Of a stretch of DNA of 64,000 nucleotides, positions 1 to 12,439 are shown piece by piece. Position 1 is the stretch's first letter, and the number at the start of each line of letters is the position of its first letter. The stretch comes from Octopus sinensis (lineage: Eukaryota), in the NCBI RefSeq assembly GCF_006345805.1, contig NC_043006.1:50220001-50284000 (forward strand), in the 5' to 3' direction. Under the pieces are notes generated by a model that saw only the letters and a program-made list of their open reading frames with translations, ran no database searches and was not told the DNA's origin. A program made the translations under genes and the position numbers.

Positions 1-185
1 CATACAGCCTTCCAGCAGCGACCCTACCCAGCAAGGGTCCGACCACACTCTTCAGCAGCTTCACATAGCAGTCTGAGTAGACCCTAATTGAACCCTGTTA
101 AAACTCGTGGGACTGCATGACGTCACCCTCACTGGAGACATACCCACAGACCATCAGATTTTATGGAAACATGGTTTTCATGGAA
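1..185 (-). mobile_element. Degraded Tc1/mariner (maT/DD37D-like) transposase fragment, runs off window edge
   Basis: Minus-strand frame (not the listed ORF) reads MKTMFP*NLMVCGYVSSEGDVMQSHEF*QGSIRVYSDCYVKLLKSVVGPLLGRVAAGRLY. This matches the maT-type motif MKTKFP..VMV.G.VSSEGDVMPPHFF..GL......Y...LE.VV.P....VA.GRPY; two in-frame stops. Confidence 0.75.
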
Positions 186-451
186 TCCATGTAACCTCCT
201 ACAGCGTTGTACAGTGTTCACGAAACGTTGAGCAGTAATCATAATGTCAGCATTTTGATAGTCGGCTTGAATCATCATGATATAGGTAACTCTTGTTAAA
301 TATTCAGAGGGCTTCATGTCAGCAAATTCTATTCCTAACTACAATTTTAATCTGTATACTCTCCAACACCGCTGGCCGTTAACCGACAGATCACGCTGTT
401 TCTGAAGAAAAAAGGTAACAAAAAGTCGTCAAGTTTAGCTCGAACACTCTG

Positions 452-479
452 TACATACATACATACATACATACATACA

Positions 480-513
<34 letters not shown>

Positions 514-526
514 CATACATACATAC
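452..526. repeat. (TACA)n microsatellite
   Basis: Direct reading. Confidence 0.95.
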
Positions 527-718
527 AGAAAAAAAAGCATAAAATTTGCGCATACACATACACATATATATACAAAAATACTCGATAGATGTCGTTGAAA
601 TTCCAAGAAGTCATGGGTCTAGGTTAGCAACCGGCTCGTTCTCTATTGGCAAGAACTCTTGAAAAAAAACTGAATAATGACATACAGACATACATACATC
701 CCACTTCGCTCAGTGAGT
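527..718 (+). mobile_element. Solo 3'-UTR of R4/Dong-like LINE flanked by (CATA)n
   Basis: GTTGAAATTCCAAGAAG...GGTTAGCAACCGGCTCGTTCTCTATTGGCAAGAACTCTTGAAAAAAAACTGAATAATGACATAC aligns with the LINE 3' ends at 3661-3760 (+) and 42155-42265 (-). Confidence 0.75.
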
Positions 719-790
719 GAAAGACTTGTTGACAAAAGGAAAACTGATTATACACACATACACACACAAACACACACACTCACACAAACA

Positions 791-1012
791 CACACACGAC
801 AAAGTGTATAAGGTGAGTCTGTATTGAGACAATCCGAATAACAAGAATCACAAATATATATTTTAGAAACAATACCTGAGTAGGCAAGTAATTTTATGAA
901 AAATAAATATGAAATCATGCTATTTTTCATAAAATTAACTTACCTGCTTAGGTATTGATTCTAAAACATATAATTTGAATTCTTGTTTTTCGATGCACTT
1001 TGTCATGTGTGT
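791..1012. repeat. Foldback / inverted repeat (arms ~791-905 and 921-1012)
   Basis: Reverse complement of the left arm (TTTTTCATAAAATTACTTGCCTACTCAGGTATTGTTTCTAAAA...CACTTTGTCGTGTGTG) matches the right arm, apart from a ~30 nt indel. Confidence 0.8.
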
Positions 1013-1167
1013 AGGATATCAAATACTCTTAAAGGGGTGTTGCTATCTAAGTTCACAGGTTATATCCAGTGCTTCAGTGAAAAACCAAAGATGCTTGTTT
1101 TACAAAGATGGATAAATATTCTTGTGTGAGGAAAAGGATATGGAGAAATTTATATATAAACATCCAC

Positions 1168-1376
1168 TTATTTGGACAAATTCCATTCAGTATAACATCA
1201 AATTCTTTACGCTTACAAATTTTCTCCCCTGACGAAATACCCAATTTACGATATTCGATATGAAAATTTAAATTAATTTAATCAAATTTAGTTTCTCAAA
1301 TTGAATTAATTGGGCATGGAAACAGCTGTAGATGTAAAGAATTTGATGTTAAACTGAATGGAATTTGTTCAAATAA
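1168..1376 (+). mobile_element. Foldback element (50-bp arms) enclosing a hammerhead-like motif
   Basis: Arms 1168-1217 / 1327-1376. Core CTGACGA 1229-1235, stem II ATACCCAATT/AATTGGGCAT, GAAA 1319-1322, palindromic stem III ACAGCTGT, then A17. Confidence 0.65.
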
Positions 1377-1424
1377 ATTGATGTCTATATAATAATTTCT
1401 TCAGTTTCTTTTTCTCATACAAGA

Positions 1425-1473
<49 letters not shown>

Positions 1474-1756
1474 TATATATATCAAGGTATTAATTTTAAA
1501 CGTCCTTGAAGTTTAATTATACTTCACTCATGATGTGCAAAAAGAAATTACAGGATAATAATAATATACATATTTGTATTTTATTTTTTACTATTTGTAT
1601 GTTATTGTCCTCTTTTCGACAGAAACAGCTGTCTGGAAATATTGAATAATGAATTAATAAATCCATAATTAACAACAAAATCTGCTTCAGTTCATTTTAT
1701 ATGATGTAACGCATTAAACATCGTTTAATGAATTATCTCTTGTAATGATATTTTTG

Positions 1757-1788
<32 letters not shown>

Positions 1789-1789
1789 C

Positions 1790-1945
1790 CAAAATATAGG
1801 ATCGACAAACAGCTGTATTAGTTTATCGCTCGGGAAAAATAGAATAATCTTTCAGGCTTCGAGCCTACGCTTTTCGGCAGAAAGGATTAATAGGAAAAAA
1901 TGGAAAGAGAATGAAAGAAGCGTGCAAAGTTCCACGGTCCAGCAT
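1790..1945 (-). mobile_element. Penelope-like terminal-repeat fragment with degenerate hammerhead (1848-1884)
   Basis: Aligns with the PLE terminus at 56200-56400 (TGTATTAG..CGCTC.GGAAA...TTCGAGCCTACGCT.TTC..CAGAAAG). Minus strand reads CTTT-CTGCCGA-A-AAGC-GTAG-GCTC-GAAG-CCTG-AAAGA. Confidence 0.6.
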
Positions 1946-2044
1946 ACATACATACACCATGGATGCCAGAAGCCCTTCAACTTGCTAAAGTTCCAGTCAA
2001 AGCCATAGCCGACCTGACTTCATCGTGGGCCACCATCTTGAAAT

Positions 2045-3760
2045 TAAACACAAAAAGTGACTGTATTATCACCGATAGAAATACTAAAATTGCACACTTT
2101 TTCTTTTTGGATGACAAAACATTATGCAAAGTATATGCATGAAATGAAAAAGAGCCTTGATCTAGTTACAATATTCTCAAAGCATGTAGGGTTGGGGTTT
2201 AGTCAGAATAATTGTTGTTATATGGTTGTGGAAACTATAAACCAGACTAATAATATGTCTATAAATGATTTGACTATTTCCTCTGTATCTGACGAGGAAT
2301 GTTACAGGTATCTAGGGGAGGATGAAAATATATCTCACAAAGGTACTTGTAACAAAACACGTATCACCAAAGAATATTACAGCCGAAGAAAGTAAATTTT
2401 GACCGCAGAACTCTTTGCATTCAATAAAACAGTGGCCCACAATGTGTTTGCAGTGCCAGTACTCATACTAACATTTAGGCTGCTTGATAGGACGCTTGAC
2501 AAGATCCGAGCCATTGATGTGAAAACCGAAAAATACTAACAAGCACATATAATTTCCACATAAACAGTGACGTAGACTGCCTCTGCCTAAAACGAAAACA
2601 AGGCGCCAGTGGCTTAACATCGATCCAAAATGCCTTTGAATGTCGCAATATATCTCTTCGGCAACATCTTTTAACCATCAAGTGTCAAAGTGCATCCATT
2701 GACCAAGTTTGTATACATGGGGCTGATAACATCATAAGACTTGGAAGGTAGACCCTTGAGAAACACTCTTTGTCTGAAAACCTAGAATACACGCCCAAAG
2801 AAGTCGCAACATATTATCAGATGAAAGGATGAGCCTATATGAGCAGAAAACTATGCATGGATATGTTAGTTTATCATGGACGGATAGCTAGATTACCTCC
2901 CACTTTGAAGGGTATGCATTTTCAATCCAAGAACAGGAAATATCAACTAGGTACTTGATGCATAAAAGGGATAGAGATGCAGGAAAAACCGTAAAATATG
3001 ACAACTGATACAGACTTTGTGGAGTTCACACTGAAGATATCTCCCACATCATAAGCAGTTGTCCGAAAATGTCATCACGGTATCATCTACCGATGAGACA
3101 TGACGTTGTAGCTAGGACACCATAATGAAATCCGTCGGAAGGATAACAGCGACAACAAAGAAATAAAAACCCACAATATGGTAAAAGGCATAGCCACTAA
3201 GAGTAAAAGGGAATACTGGTGGAATGTACCAGTGAAGACCTCAATAGAATGTAAGCACAACAGACCTGATATATTTATTTGGGTTAATCTATCCAGATTA
3301 CAGGTTCAGGTTTATACCTGTTATTATTGGGGCCCTGGGATATATAACACACTGCCTTAAATACCAAGCTTGAGAAATTAGGATTCTCAAAACCAGAAAG
3401 GAGAAAGCTAATTCGAAGACTACATATCCAATCCATCACTGGAACTGTAAAAGTCTGTAAAACTTTCCAGAAGTTTATCATTTAAAGACATATGAGCATG
3501 TCTAGATATGTAATTATATGCATGAGAATACATACATAAAACATACATACATACATACATACATACATACATACATACATACATACATACATACATACAT
3601 ACACACATACATAAATACATACATACATACATACATACAAACAAACAAAAATACCTTTTTGATGTTGAAATTCAAATGAAGGAGCCCTGAATCTACGTTA
3701 GAAACCGGTTCTTCCTCTATTGGCAAGAAATCTTGAAATAAACTGAATAATGGCATGCAT
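2045..3760 (+). mobile_element. 5'-truncated, frameshifted R4/Dong-like non-LTR retrotransposon (RT C-half, CCHC knuckle, REL endonuclease, 3'-UTR)
   Basis: Joined frames give HFFFLDD, YRYLGEDE, ITKEYYSR, FNKTVAHNVFAVPVL, RLCGVHTEDISHIISSC..MRHDVVA, EYWWNVPVKTSIECKHNRPDIFIW and IPVIIGALG, with a stop at ~3482. The E-x-S part of the REL domain is deleted. The 3'-UTR carries an internal (CATA)n and ends in CATAC/(CA)n. Confidence 0.9.
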
Positions 3761-3822
<62 letters not shown>

Positions 3823-3899
3823 ACATTATATGTATATATGCTTCTAAAATAAATATATTTTAAATTTCAATTTTGGGGTTTTCTGTTTTACCTTATTAC

Positions 3900-4350
3900 A
3901 GTTTTGCCTTTTACGTTTTCTCATTTAATTCTTTCTCCTGATAATCATGCTCACGAATCGAATTTTCTTCTTCCTAATAACTGATTTCACTATCATTGGA
4001 ACAATCAGGTTCCATAATTTTTTCCATTTTCTTACCTGAGCAGTTCACTGTTATGTACTGTACAATCTCACATGCTTTTTTTTATATAAATCGTATAACT
4101 TTGATCATCTTGTGTTATTTCAGCAGCAATTTATTCAAGAGTCACTTTCGATCAGTATAGATAGCAATATTCTTTTAATATTAATGTTTTATCCTCATTA
4201 ACTCAGATTGCGTTATATTGACCTAGACATCCTTCTTAATCCAGCAAGTTGTTAAGATTCTCCTTAGATAAATCTAGTATGATTAAGCGACTCTTCAATC
4301 GCATCCAGCCTTTTATACTGTTTGCTTGTTTGATCTTCAAATTGCCACGC
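3900..4350 (-). mobile_element. Highly degraded RTE-like LINE C-terminal remnant
   Basis: Minus frames give YTDRK*LLNK (cf. YGCESWTLNK), HNSELLR (cf. ITNEEVLRR) and IRKKKIRFVSMIIRRKN (cf. RKLRFFGHIMRR); many stops. Confidence 0.4.
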
Positions 4351-5149
4351 GATTGAATTCTTTTACTTTTTTTAACATGCGACGCACATATTTAATTGAA
4401 TTGGTTGACATCAATCACAAACAATATTTTCGTTGCCGTCGTCGCTGTCATCATTGTTGTTGTGATAAAACCTAAAGGCTTTCTGAACGAGAAAATCTAC
4501 GTTCGAAGGCATTCAGGCCTTAACTATCTTATCTACTTTCGAGAATAATATATCCAGGAGTCACCGTGAACTGGTCGCGGTCTCAAAGCGACGAAATATA
4601 TTTTTTAAAATTAAATTTAAATGTTGAAGCGAATCAAATGGTTTTTGTGTATTTCTTAAATGGCTTATAAACACCTTCCACACTGCAATTGTTTTCGTTC
4701 CAGCACACGATCTCAGATCAGGTCACTTGCTATGCAAGTACATCTCCGTAATATATCCAGGACTAACTCTCAAGTATGTCATCTCTTGCCCAAGACGTTA
4801 AAATGGAATTCAAAAGAGATTTAGCTGGTATTTCCACCAAGAAACCTCTACGTGTACGAATGACAATTTAAAGATTCCCTAATAGTTGATATATCGCAAC
4901 CAAAGCACTCACTAAAAGCATTCAACTATTATCCTTCAGTTCAAGAAATGAGATATGCGGATAATTAGTGCCCACTATTGTCAAGAATATGGCACAATAA
5001 ATCCAATAGCGATAATGCTATTGAATATAAGAAGGATTCCTAACAGAGACACAAGGTCACAATGTTTCGAGTTAATTATGTAATCATTAATAGACCAAGA
5101 AGGATGAACGGTAGAGAAAACATTCAGCGAATTTTGTCATGGTAACGAA

Positions 5150-5381
5150 ACTCCTTAATAATGATGATGATGATGCTACTGCTGATGATATTAATAATGA
5201 AACTCCTCCTCCTCCTCCTCTTTCTACTACTATATATACTATATATACTTTCTACTACATATATACTACTACTACTACTACATATATACTACTACTACTA
5301 CAACTACTACTACTGATAATTATGATGATGATGATGATGATGATAATGATCATGATGATGATGATAATGATGATCATGATG

Positions 5382-5414
<33 letters not shown>

Positions 5415-5430
5415 TAATAATAATAATAAT
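5150..5430. repeat. Compound trinucleotide tract (GAT/CCT/ACT/TGA/TAA)
   Basis: Direct reading. Confidence 0.9.
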
Positions 5431-5719
5431 AAGGAAGTGTAAAAAAATCGTGTTAACTGGAACGACTTATGTACTGAGAAGAGCATTATCGCTGTGAAAA
5501 CAACATCCATTCATGAATTTATTTATTTATTACTTTTTTTAATACATATTTTACCTGTGAATTTGCGTGTGTAATCTGGGAATGCATTTAATGAACTTCT
5601 CTGCCCTAGGTGTACGGAGAACACTCGGCGAGAAATGGAAGAAAATTTGAAGAAAGAAAGGAAAAAAAAAAAAATAATCGTTTCAAACTTTGGCACAGGC
5701 CAGCAGTTTTTAGAAGAGA

Positions 5720-5818
5720 CTAAGTCGATTACATCGAACCAGTGCTCAAATGGCATTTATTTTATCGACACCGAAATATGAAAGGCAAGTCGACCTCGGT
5801 GGAATTTGAACTTAGAAC
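5720..5818 (-). mobile_element. SINE group B fragment
   Basis: GAAAGGCAAGTCGACCTCGGTGGAATTTGAAC matches the other B copies. Confidence 0.75.
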
Positions 5819-5857
5819 TATTATGCCAGCTAGTATTATTATTATTATTATTATTAA

Positions 5858-5895
<38 letters not shown>

Positions 5896-5923
5896 TATCA
5901 TCATCATCATCATCATCATCATT

Positions 5924-6134
5924 AAGGCAGCGAGGTGGCAGGTTAGCACACCGACCAAAATGCTTTGCGGCATTTTGTCCGTCTTTACGTTCTGAGTTCA
6001 ATTTCCGCCGAGGTCGACTTTACCTTTTATCCTTTCAAGGTCGATAAATTAAGTAGCAGTGAAACATTGGGGTCGATGAGTTCGACTAGTCCCCTCCACC
6101 AGAATTGCAGGCATTGTGACATTAGTAGAAAAGA

Positions 6135-6135
<1 letters not shown>
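5924..6135 (+). mobile_element. tRNA-derived SINE group B
   Basis: AAGGCAGCGAGGTGGCAG head, B-box-like GAGTTCAAATTTCC, GTCGACTTTACCTTTTATCCTTTC core; flanked by (TAT)n. Confidence 0.85.
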
Positions 6136-6190
<55 letters not shown>

Positions 6191-6201
6191 TAATCTGCAT
6201 G

Positions 6202-6362
6202 TTAAGTCGATTATATCGACCCCAGTGCGTAACAGGTACTTATTTATCGATCCCGAAAGGATGAAAGGCAAAGTCGACCTCAGCGGAATTTTAACTCAGA
6301 ACATAAAGACAGACGAAATACCGCTCAGCATTTCGTCCGGCGTGCTAACATTTCTGCCAGCT
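6202..6362 (-). mobile_element. SINE group B, inverted relative to 5924-6135
   Basis: GATCCCGAAAGGATGAAAGGCAAAGTCGACCTCAGCGG...CGTGCTAACATTTCTGCCAGCT. Confidence 0.85.
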
Positions 6363-6599
6363 ATATTAACTACTTGTGGAAAAAAATACACTGATCGGAT
6401 TTTCAGGATTTTCAATTTGACGGACACATTACATTACATTATGTAGCAATTGACAACTGTATAAACTGGTAGCTGATTACTGTGAAAACTCTGAATTCAC
6501 ATATCTACTTCTCTTTTAGAAATATGTATGATTATCTTGAGATAAAAGGGACTCTTCATATAAAGGAGTTCAATATCACCGAAAATAGATTTTATATTT

Positions 6600-6624
6600 T
6601 ATTAATATATAATATGTTTTATTA

Positions 6625-6666
<42 letters not shown>

Positions 6667-6805
6667 ATATATATATATTATATATATATTATATAACATA
6701 TATATATACATATATATAACATTATATATATATATACATATACATATATATAACATATATATACATACATACTACATACATAATCTATATCTATATATAT
6801 ATATA

Positions 6806-6866
<61 letters not shown>

Positions 6867-6900
6867 TAGAGACTGACAAACAGTCAGAGCATATATATAG
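6600..6900. repeat. Imperfect (TA)n tract
   Basis: Direct reading. Confidence 0.9.
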
Positions 6901-7274
6901 GACGATATTATATGTGCATATGTATACACACACATACGCTCTCTCTCTCACGCACATATAGTGTATGGTCGATTAACAAATGGAGAGAACGTGAAAATTC
7001 ATTTCATTCTCTGTTAAACAACTTTGACCGCACATGACGTGACGGGGGTTGGAGTGTTGTGTGATGTTCTGATGAAGGCATTATTGATGCTTGCAGTGGT
7101 GATAATGAACATGACGATGATAGTGACGAAGACGAAGACGACGTCGACGGCGACGTATCAGCAGAGAATTTCAAAAGCCAATTTGAAATTATAATTTTGT
7201 CACGTTAAGTATAAGAGGGAACCGAATCATTTGCTTTCTTCAAATACTTGCAGAAACCACCAAAATCGTCGCAG

Positions 7275-7300
7275 CCACCACCACCACCACCACCACCACC

Positions 7301-7354
<54 letters not shown>

Positions 7355-7375
7355 AGCAGCAGCAGCAACAACAAT
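7275..7375. repeat. (CAC)n(CAA)n(CAG)n compound repeat
   Basis: Direct reading. Confidence 0.9.
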
Positions 7376-7902
7376 AACAAAAACTATAAAAATGAAAACA
7401 ACGCTTTAAAGACGAGGATGGCAACTACGACGACGATGGAAAAGATGGCTGCTATGACCATCACCACCACCACCATCACCACTTTCTTCATCGGTACTAT
7501 CACAACCAACAACAAAAATGGCAATTATTCCACGATGACAACCACTACAACTGGCCCTCATCACAAATGACAACAACTACTACTACAATAACAAATGCTG
7601 GTACCAACACTAACACTAACACCCTCATTATTCCTTCACCTTCTAGGTCTCATAACACCGTTTTGCTATTGAGTAAAGTCGTGCAACGAATAAATGGCAT
7701 TTTAAGTATCGACATGCAGGTGGCTGGCTCACAGCATATCCACATACGCACTGAACATACATTCAACATCAGTTTCCCATTAAATTACACAAATACACAC
7801 GGGGTCAATGAATAACAATTTTATTCTTCAGCTTTTTTTTTATTGCATACTTAAATGTACACACGAACACACAAGCACATATGTGTATGTGGTTGTGCGT
7901 AT

Positions 7903-7933
<31 letters not shown>

Positions 7934-8249
7934 CGTGCGTAGGAATGCCGTACATTCCGAAATAAATGAATGAAATAAATATATATACATAAAATAAAAT
8001 AGACGAATGAAGTTGTCATTCTTCGAATCCACAGCGCGCATATAGTTCCTTAATAGCTAAAAGCGTTTTACGCATGTGCAAAGACAAAAAGATTAGCAGT
8101 TCATGGCAGGGTGTATATGGAAGCGAGCGCTCAAACACATGCATATACATTCACACATATAGGGTATAAATTAATCAAATACACAGCCATTCTTAAAAAG
8201 CAGAAGAATAGAATACACGTGTGCATGTGCGTGTTTGAGTGATATATAT

Positions 8250-8322
8250 ATATATACCTCATATACACCCATCCATACATGCATATATATATATATGCGT
8301 CTGTTTCATATATACATACATA

Positions 8323-8391
<69 letters not shown>

Positions 8392-8409
8392 CTCTCTCTG
8401 TCTCTGTCT

Positions 8410-8442
<33 letters not shown>

Positions 8443-8587
8443 ATATATATATAATATATATATATTATATATATATACATATATTATATACTTGCATATA
8501 TGCATATGACACACAATGACACACGCACGCATACACACATATCTCTCTCTCTCTCTCTCTGTCTCTCTGTCTCTCTGTCTCTCTCTC

Positions 8588-8631
<44 letters not shown>

Positions 8632-8715
8632 ATATATACCTCATATACATCCATCCATACATGCATATATATATATATATTATATATATATATACGTCTG
8701 TTTCATATATACATA

Positions 8716-8792
<77 letters not shown>

Positions 8793-8935
8793 TATATATA
8801 TATATATATATATCATATACTTGCATATATGCCATATATGCATATGACACACAATGACACACGCACGCACACACACACATCTCTCTCTCTCTCTGTCTCT
8901 CACTCTCTCTCTCTGTATATATATATATATATATA
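8250..8935. repeat. Tandem duplication (~385-bp first unit) of a microsatellite mosaic
   Basis: Unique spacers ATATACCTCATATACA.CCATCCATACATGC, CGTCTGTTTCATATATAC and GCATATGACACACAATGACACACGCACGC each occur twice, in the same order. Confidence 0.85.
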
Positions 8936-9614
8936 TAGGCATCGTAGCTTAAGGCGATGCGTTCTCATCTTCAATGGTCATCCATCTCGTTTCCTATTCA
9001 TTTCAGTTAATAGTCTATCTATACTATTTTTACACACACACATACACGCGCGCACGCACACAAATATAGAAACATGTACACATATACACATTCACATGCA
9101 AACACTCATACACTTGTCATACAGAATCACTAATTTACATATAGTGAAATCTTATATATAAATGGCAATTTCAGTCTGTCTGTTACCATCTTGCTGCCCA
9201 AACAAGGGAACTAATCTTCACCAAATTTTACATACACGTTGAACTAACATCCAGCCCAATTATAGGCTAACTGGTTTTCAATAAAAATCGATAAAGGACC
9301 GACTACAGAGGTTGGTCTACTACACGATCAAATGAGAGGGTGCAAATGTGTTTGGTTCAGGGAAATGCAGGATAAGGAGGGTGGCTGATATCAGGAAAGA
9401 GGAGGAGACAGGAAGAGATAGACACAGAGGAAATGTGAGAGACATTGTGTGTGTGTGCGTGTGTGAGTGTGTGTGTGTGTGTGTGAGTGTGTATGAGTGT
9501 GTGTGTGTGTGTGTGTATCTTCCTGATGCATCCGAAAGGTGAGTTGCCAATTTTGACTTATGGGGTTTCAAAAGATTCCTTTACATATTTCCATTACAAA
9601 AATTTTACGTTATA

Positions 9615-10022
9615 GGCGTAGGAGTGGCTGTGTGGTAAGTAGCTTGCTTACGAACCACATGATTCCGGGTTCAGTCCCACTGCGTGGTACCTTGGGTAAG
9701 TGCCTTCTACTGTAGCCTCGGGCCGATCAAAGCCTTGTGAGTGGATTTGGTAGACGGAAACTGAAAGAAGCCCGTCGTATATATGTATATATATATGTAT
9801 AAATATGTGTGTGTATATGTTTGTATGTCTGTGTTTGCCCCCACCCCAAAAAAACCGATGCTGGTGTGTTTACGTCGCTGTAACTTAGCGCTTCGGTAAA
9901 AGACCGATAGAATAAAGTACTAGGCTTAGAAAGAAAAGTTCTGGGGTCGATTTGCTCGACTAAAGGTGATGCTCCAGCATGGCCGCAGTCAAATGACTGA
10001 AACGAATAAAAGAGTAAAAGAG
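9615..10022 (+). mobile_element. tRNA-derived SINE group A, full length
   Basis: GGCGTAGGAGTGGCTGTGTGG (A box), GGTTCAGTCCC (B box), central TA/TG microsatellite, tail ...ATGACTGAAAC...AAAAGAG. Confidence 0.9.
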
Positions 10023-11105
10023 TAATCTTTTCTATAAGTCAACTATCGTAAACATTTTATACCACGGCGACAATGACGTTACATTTTCTATATGAGTGTG
10101 TACCTTAAGACATCCATTTCTCTATATCTTCTGACGAATTAGCCATTCACTCTCTCTCTCTCACACACATATACAGATGCACCCACATACGCACACATAT
10201 ATACAAAAAAGATGTATGCATACGTATTTATGGATGTATATATGAATGATGCGTGTGTGTGAAAGTGCCACACAGACATGACAACACACACCTTCACTCA
10301 CTCACTCTCTCCTTCTCTCTAACGGACAAGAACACACACACATACAGACACTCACACACCCCTCCATTTCATTTACTCGTGCATACATCTTTCATTTTCT
10401 ACTCTCACTGTAAAGCAAATGTCGCAGTTTCACCTCTTTCTATTTCTGCCCTCAGCAAAGCATAAACAAATAAACAAAGCATAAACAAATAAAAAGAATT
10501 ATGGAAATTTACGAATACATTCAAAAACTGAGTTGCCGATTTTAACGTATAAAAAGATTCAGTAATCTTTCGGCTAACAAGTAAACTTTATTTTCATTTA
10601 CATATTTGCATTACAAAAAAAATTACTTTATAATCTTTCTATGATTCATCTATTCTAAACGACTGTTTATACCACGAGGACGACGACGTTACATTTTCTA
10701 TATGAGTGTGTACCTTAAAAGATATCCATTTCTCTATACGTTATGAGGAAATACAATCCCAAATTTTCTCTCTAACATGCACACGCGCACATACATACAA
10801 AAAAAAATGTATGCATATCTATTTATGTACGTGTATATGAAAGATAATGCATATGTGTGTGTAAGAGAGAGAGAGAGAAAAAAAAAAGAGCGAGAGAGCG
10901 AGTGAGTGCTACTTACACCTACATGCAAAAAATGCATACATGACTACCCACCTTCATTCACTCTCTCTTTCTCTCTCTCTCACACACACACACACATTCA
11001 TTTCTTATACACGTACATACGTATTTCACTTTCTCCTCTCTTTCACTTTTTGCTCACTTCAAAGCATAAAAAGTTTTTAAATTACGGAAAATAACGAACA
11101 ATCAT
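10023..11105. repeat. Diverged tandem duplication, ~608-bp period
   Basis: TTTATACCACG..GAC.A.GACGTTACATTTTCTATATGAGTGTGTACCTTAA at ~10056 and ~10666; further shared blocks ATGTATGCATA and AAGCATAAA...ATTA.GGAAA. Confidence 0.8.
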
Positions 11106-11250
11106 GCTTTCCCATATGATCGACCATATGATGGAGTTCACAACTTTCCTGCTTCAAACGAAAGAATGCCATAAAATAACTTCCTTTGGCACACACACCA
11201 CACACACACATACATATACGCACACAAATTCAAGCATGCACGCATACACA

Positions 11251-11321
<71 letters not shown>

Positions 11322-11689
11322 CTTTCTCTGTCTCTCTCTCTCTCGCTCTCTCTCTCTAGCTAAAACTTCTGTATGAATTATGGTTTTTTCATGCTCTGTG
11401 CACGTGCAAAATTGCAGCTCAAATCCAGATGAAATCACCTTTTCTATTCTGTAATTCCTGTTTGTGATCAGCGTATTTAAAAACCTGATCTTCAATATAA
11501 ATTTATAAAGAAATTCTGTCCTTTACCTGTTTCTAACACGTTCGAGGCGATATTTGCACCCCCAGAATTGATTTTTTCTCCTGCATTTCTTCCGATTCCT
11601 ATGTTCTCAATACAGGAGATTAGGATTTCGCCCCCAAAACACATTCTCAATATTTTAATTTTCTCCCTTCATTTTCCAATTTCTTCAGT

Positions 11690-12160
11690 TCTTACTTTTT
11701 TCGAATTTTTTTCTTGGTTTTCAACGGAGAAAAAAAATCAGAGAGTACGAATCTTTAAGAATTTTCTTCTTTCATTTTTCTTAAAGCAGCACTAAAATCT
11801 CCTTTCCAAACATCCACCCATCACCTCACCACTTTCAAAAAAGCTACAAACTTAGAATTTGGAAAGCGGGAAACTTTCTTCAGAAATAATGTCGTTTACC
11901 TGCTGTTTCAAGCATGTCGAGTTTTCTGGTGGTACTCTAATATTTTTTGCGTCTGCTATTTCAGTACAATTTTAACGAATGCATGAAACATCAGACGAAA
12001 GTGCAGTATTGGGTACTTTTAGCTTTTTGAAAGTGGGTAGGTGATAGGTTAGCGAGGTGTTTCTTGAAGAAAAATTAAATTTTAAAAAAATATCAGTTTC
12101 GTAATCTCTGTATTTTTCTACATGGATAGAAAAAAATACAATTTGTAAAAAAGTTACAAG
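11690..12160. repeat. Old foldback / MITE-like inverted repeat
   Basis: Core arms ATCACCTCACCACTTTCAAAAAAGCTA (11820-11846) vs TAGCTTTTTGAAAGTGGGTAGGTGAT (12020-12045); weaker complementarity extends outward. Confidence 0.6.
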
Positions 12161-12439
12161 TTAAAAAACTACGATGGGGATGGGAGAAACTAAATGTTTG
12201 AAAGCATGATTTCTGGGCAAAATTGTATTAACCCCTTTTTATACGATGAAACAATACATAAACCCATGCAAATTGTACCCTCCCCACTTACTTTTAAACA
12301 AACAATAACTTCCATTACACCAGTAATCCAGATCATTATATATCTGCTGTGCTGATTCTGCCCATAAGAAAGGAACAAACAATACAATATGGCTGTCGGA
12401 CATAACACATGGGCAACGCCGGGATGCATTACCAGTATT

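Noticed and set aside
129-317. Listed 62-aa ORF as a gene
   Set aside because: Transposase similarity lies in a different, stop-containing frame; this ORF has no recognisable domain.
936-965. 17-nt micro-exon with perfect minus-strand splice sites
   Set aside because: Lies within an inverted-repeat arm; the other arm shows it is repeat-derived.
4025-4045. Strong minus-strand donor CAG|GTAAGA
   Set aside because: No acceptor or pyrimidine tract; lies within an RTE-like remnant.
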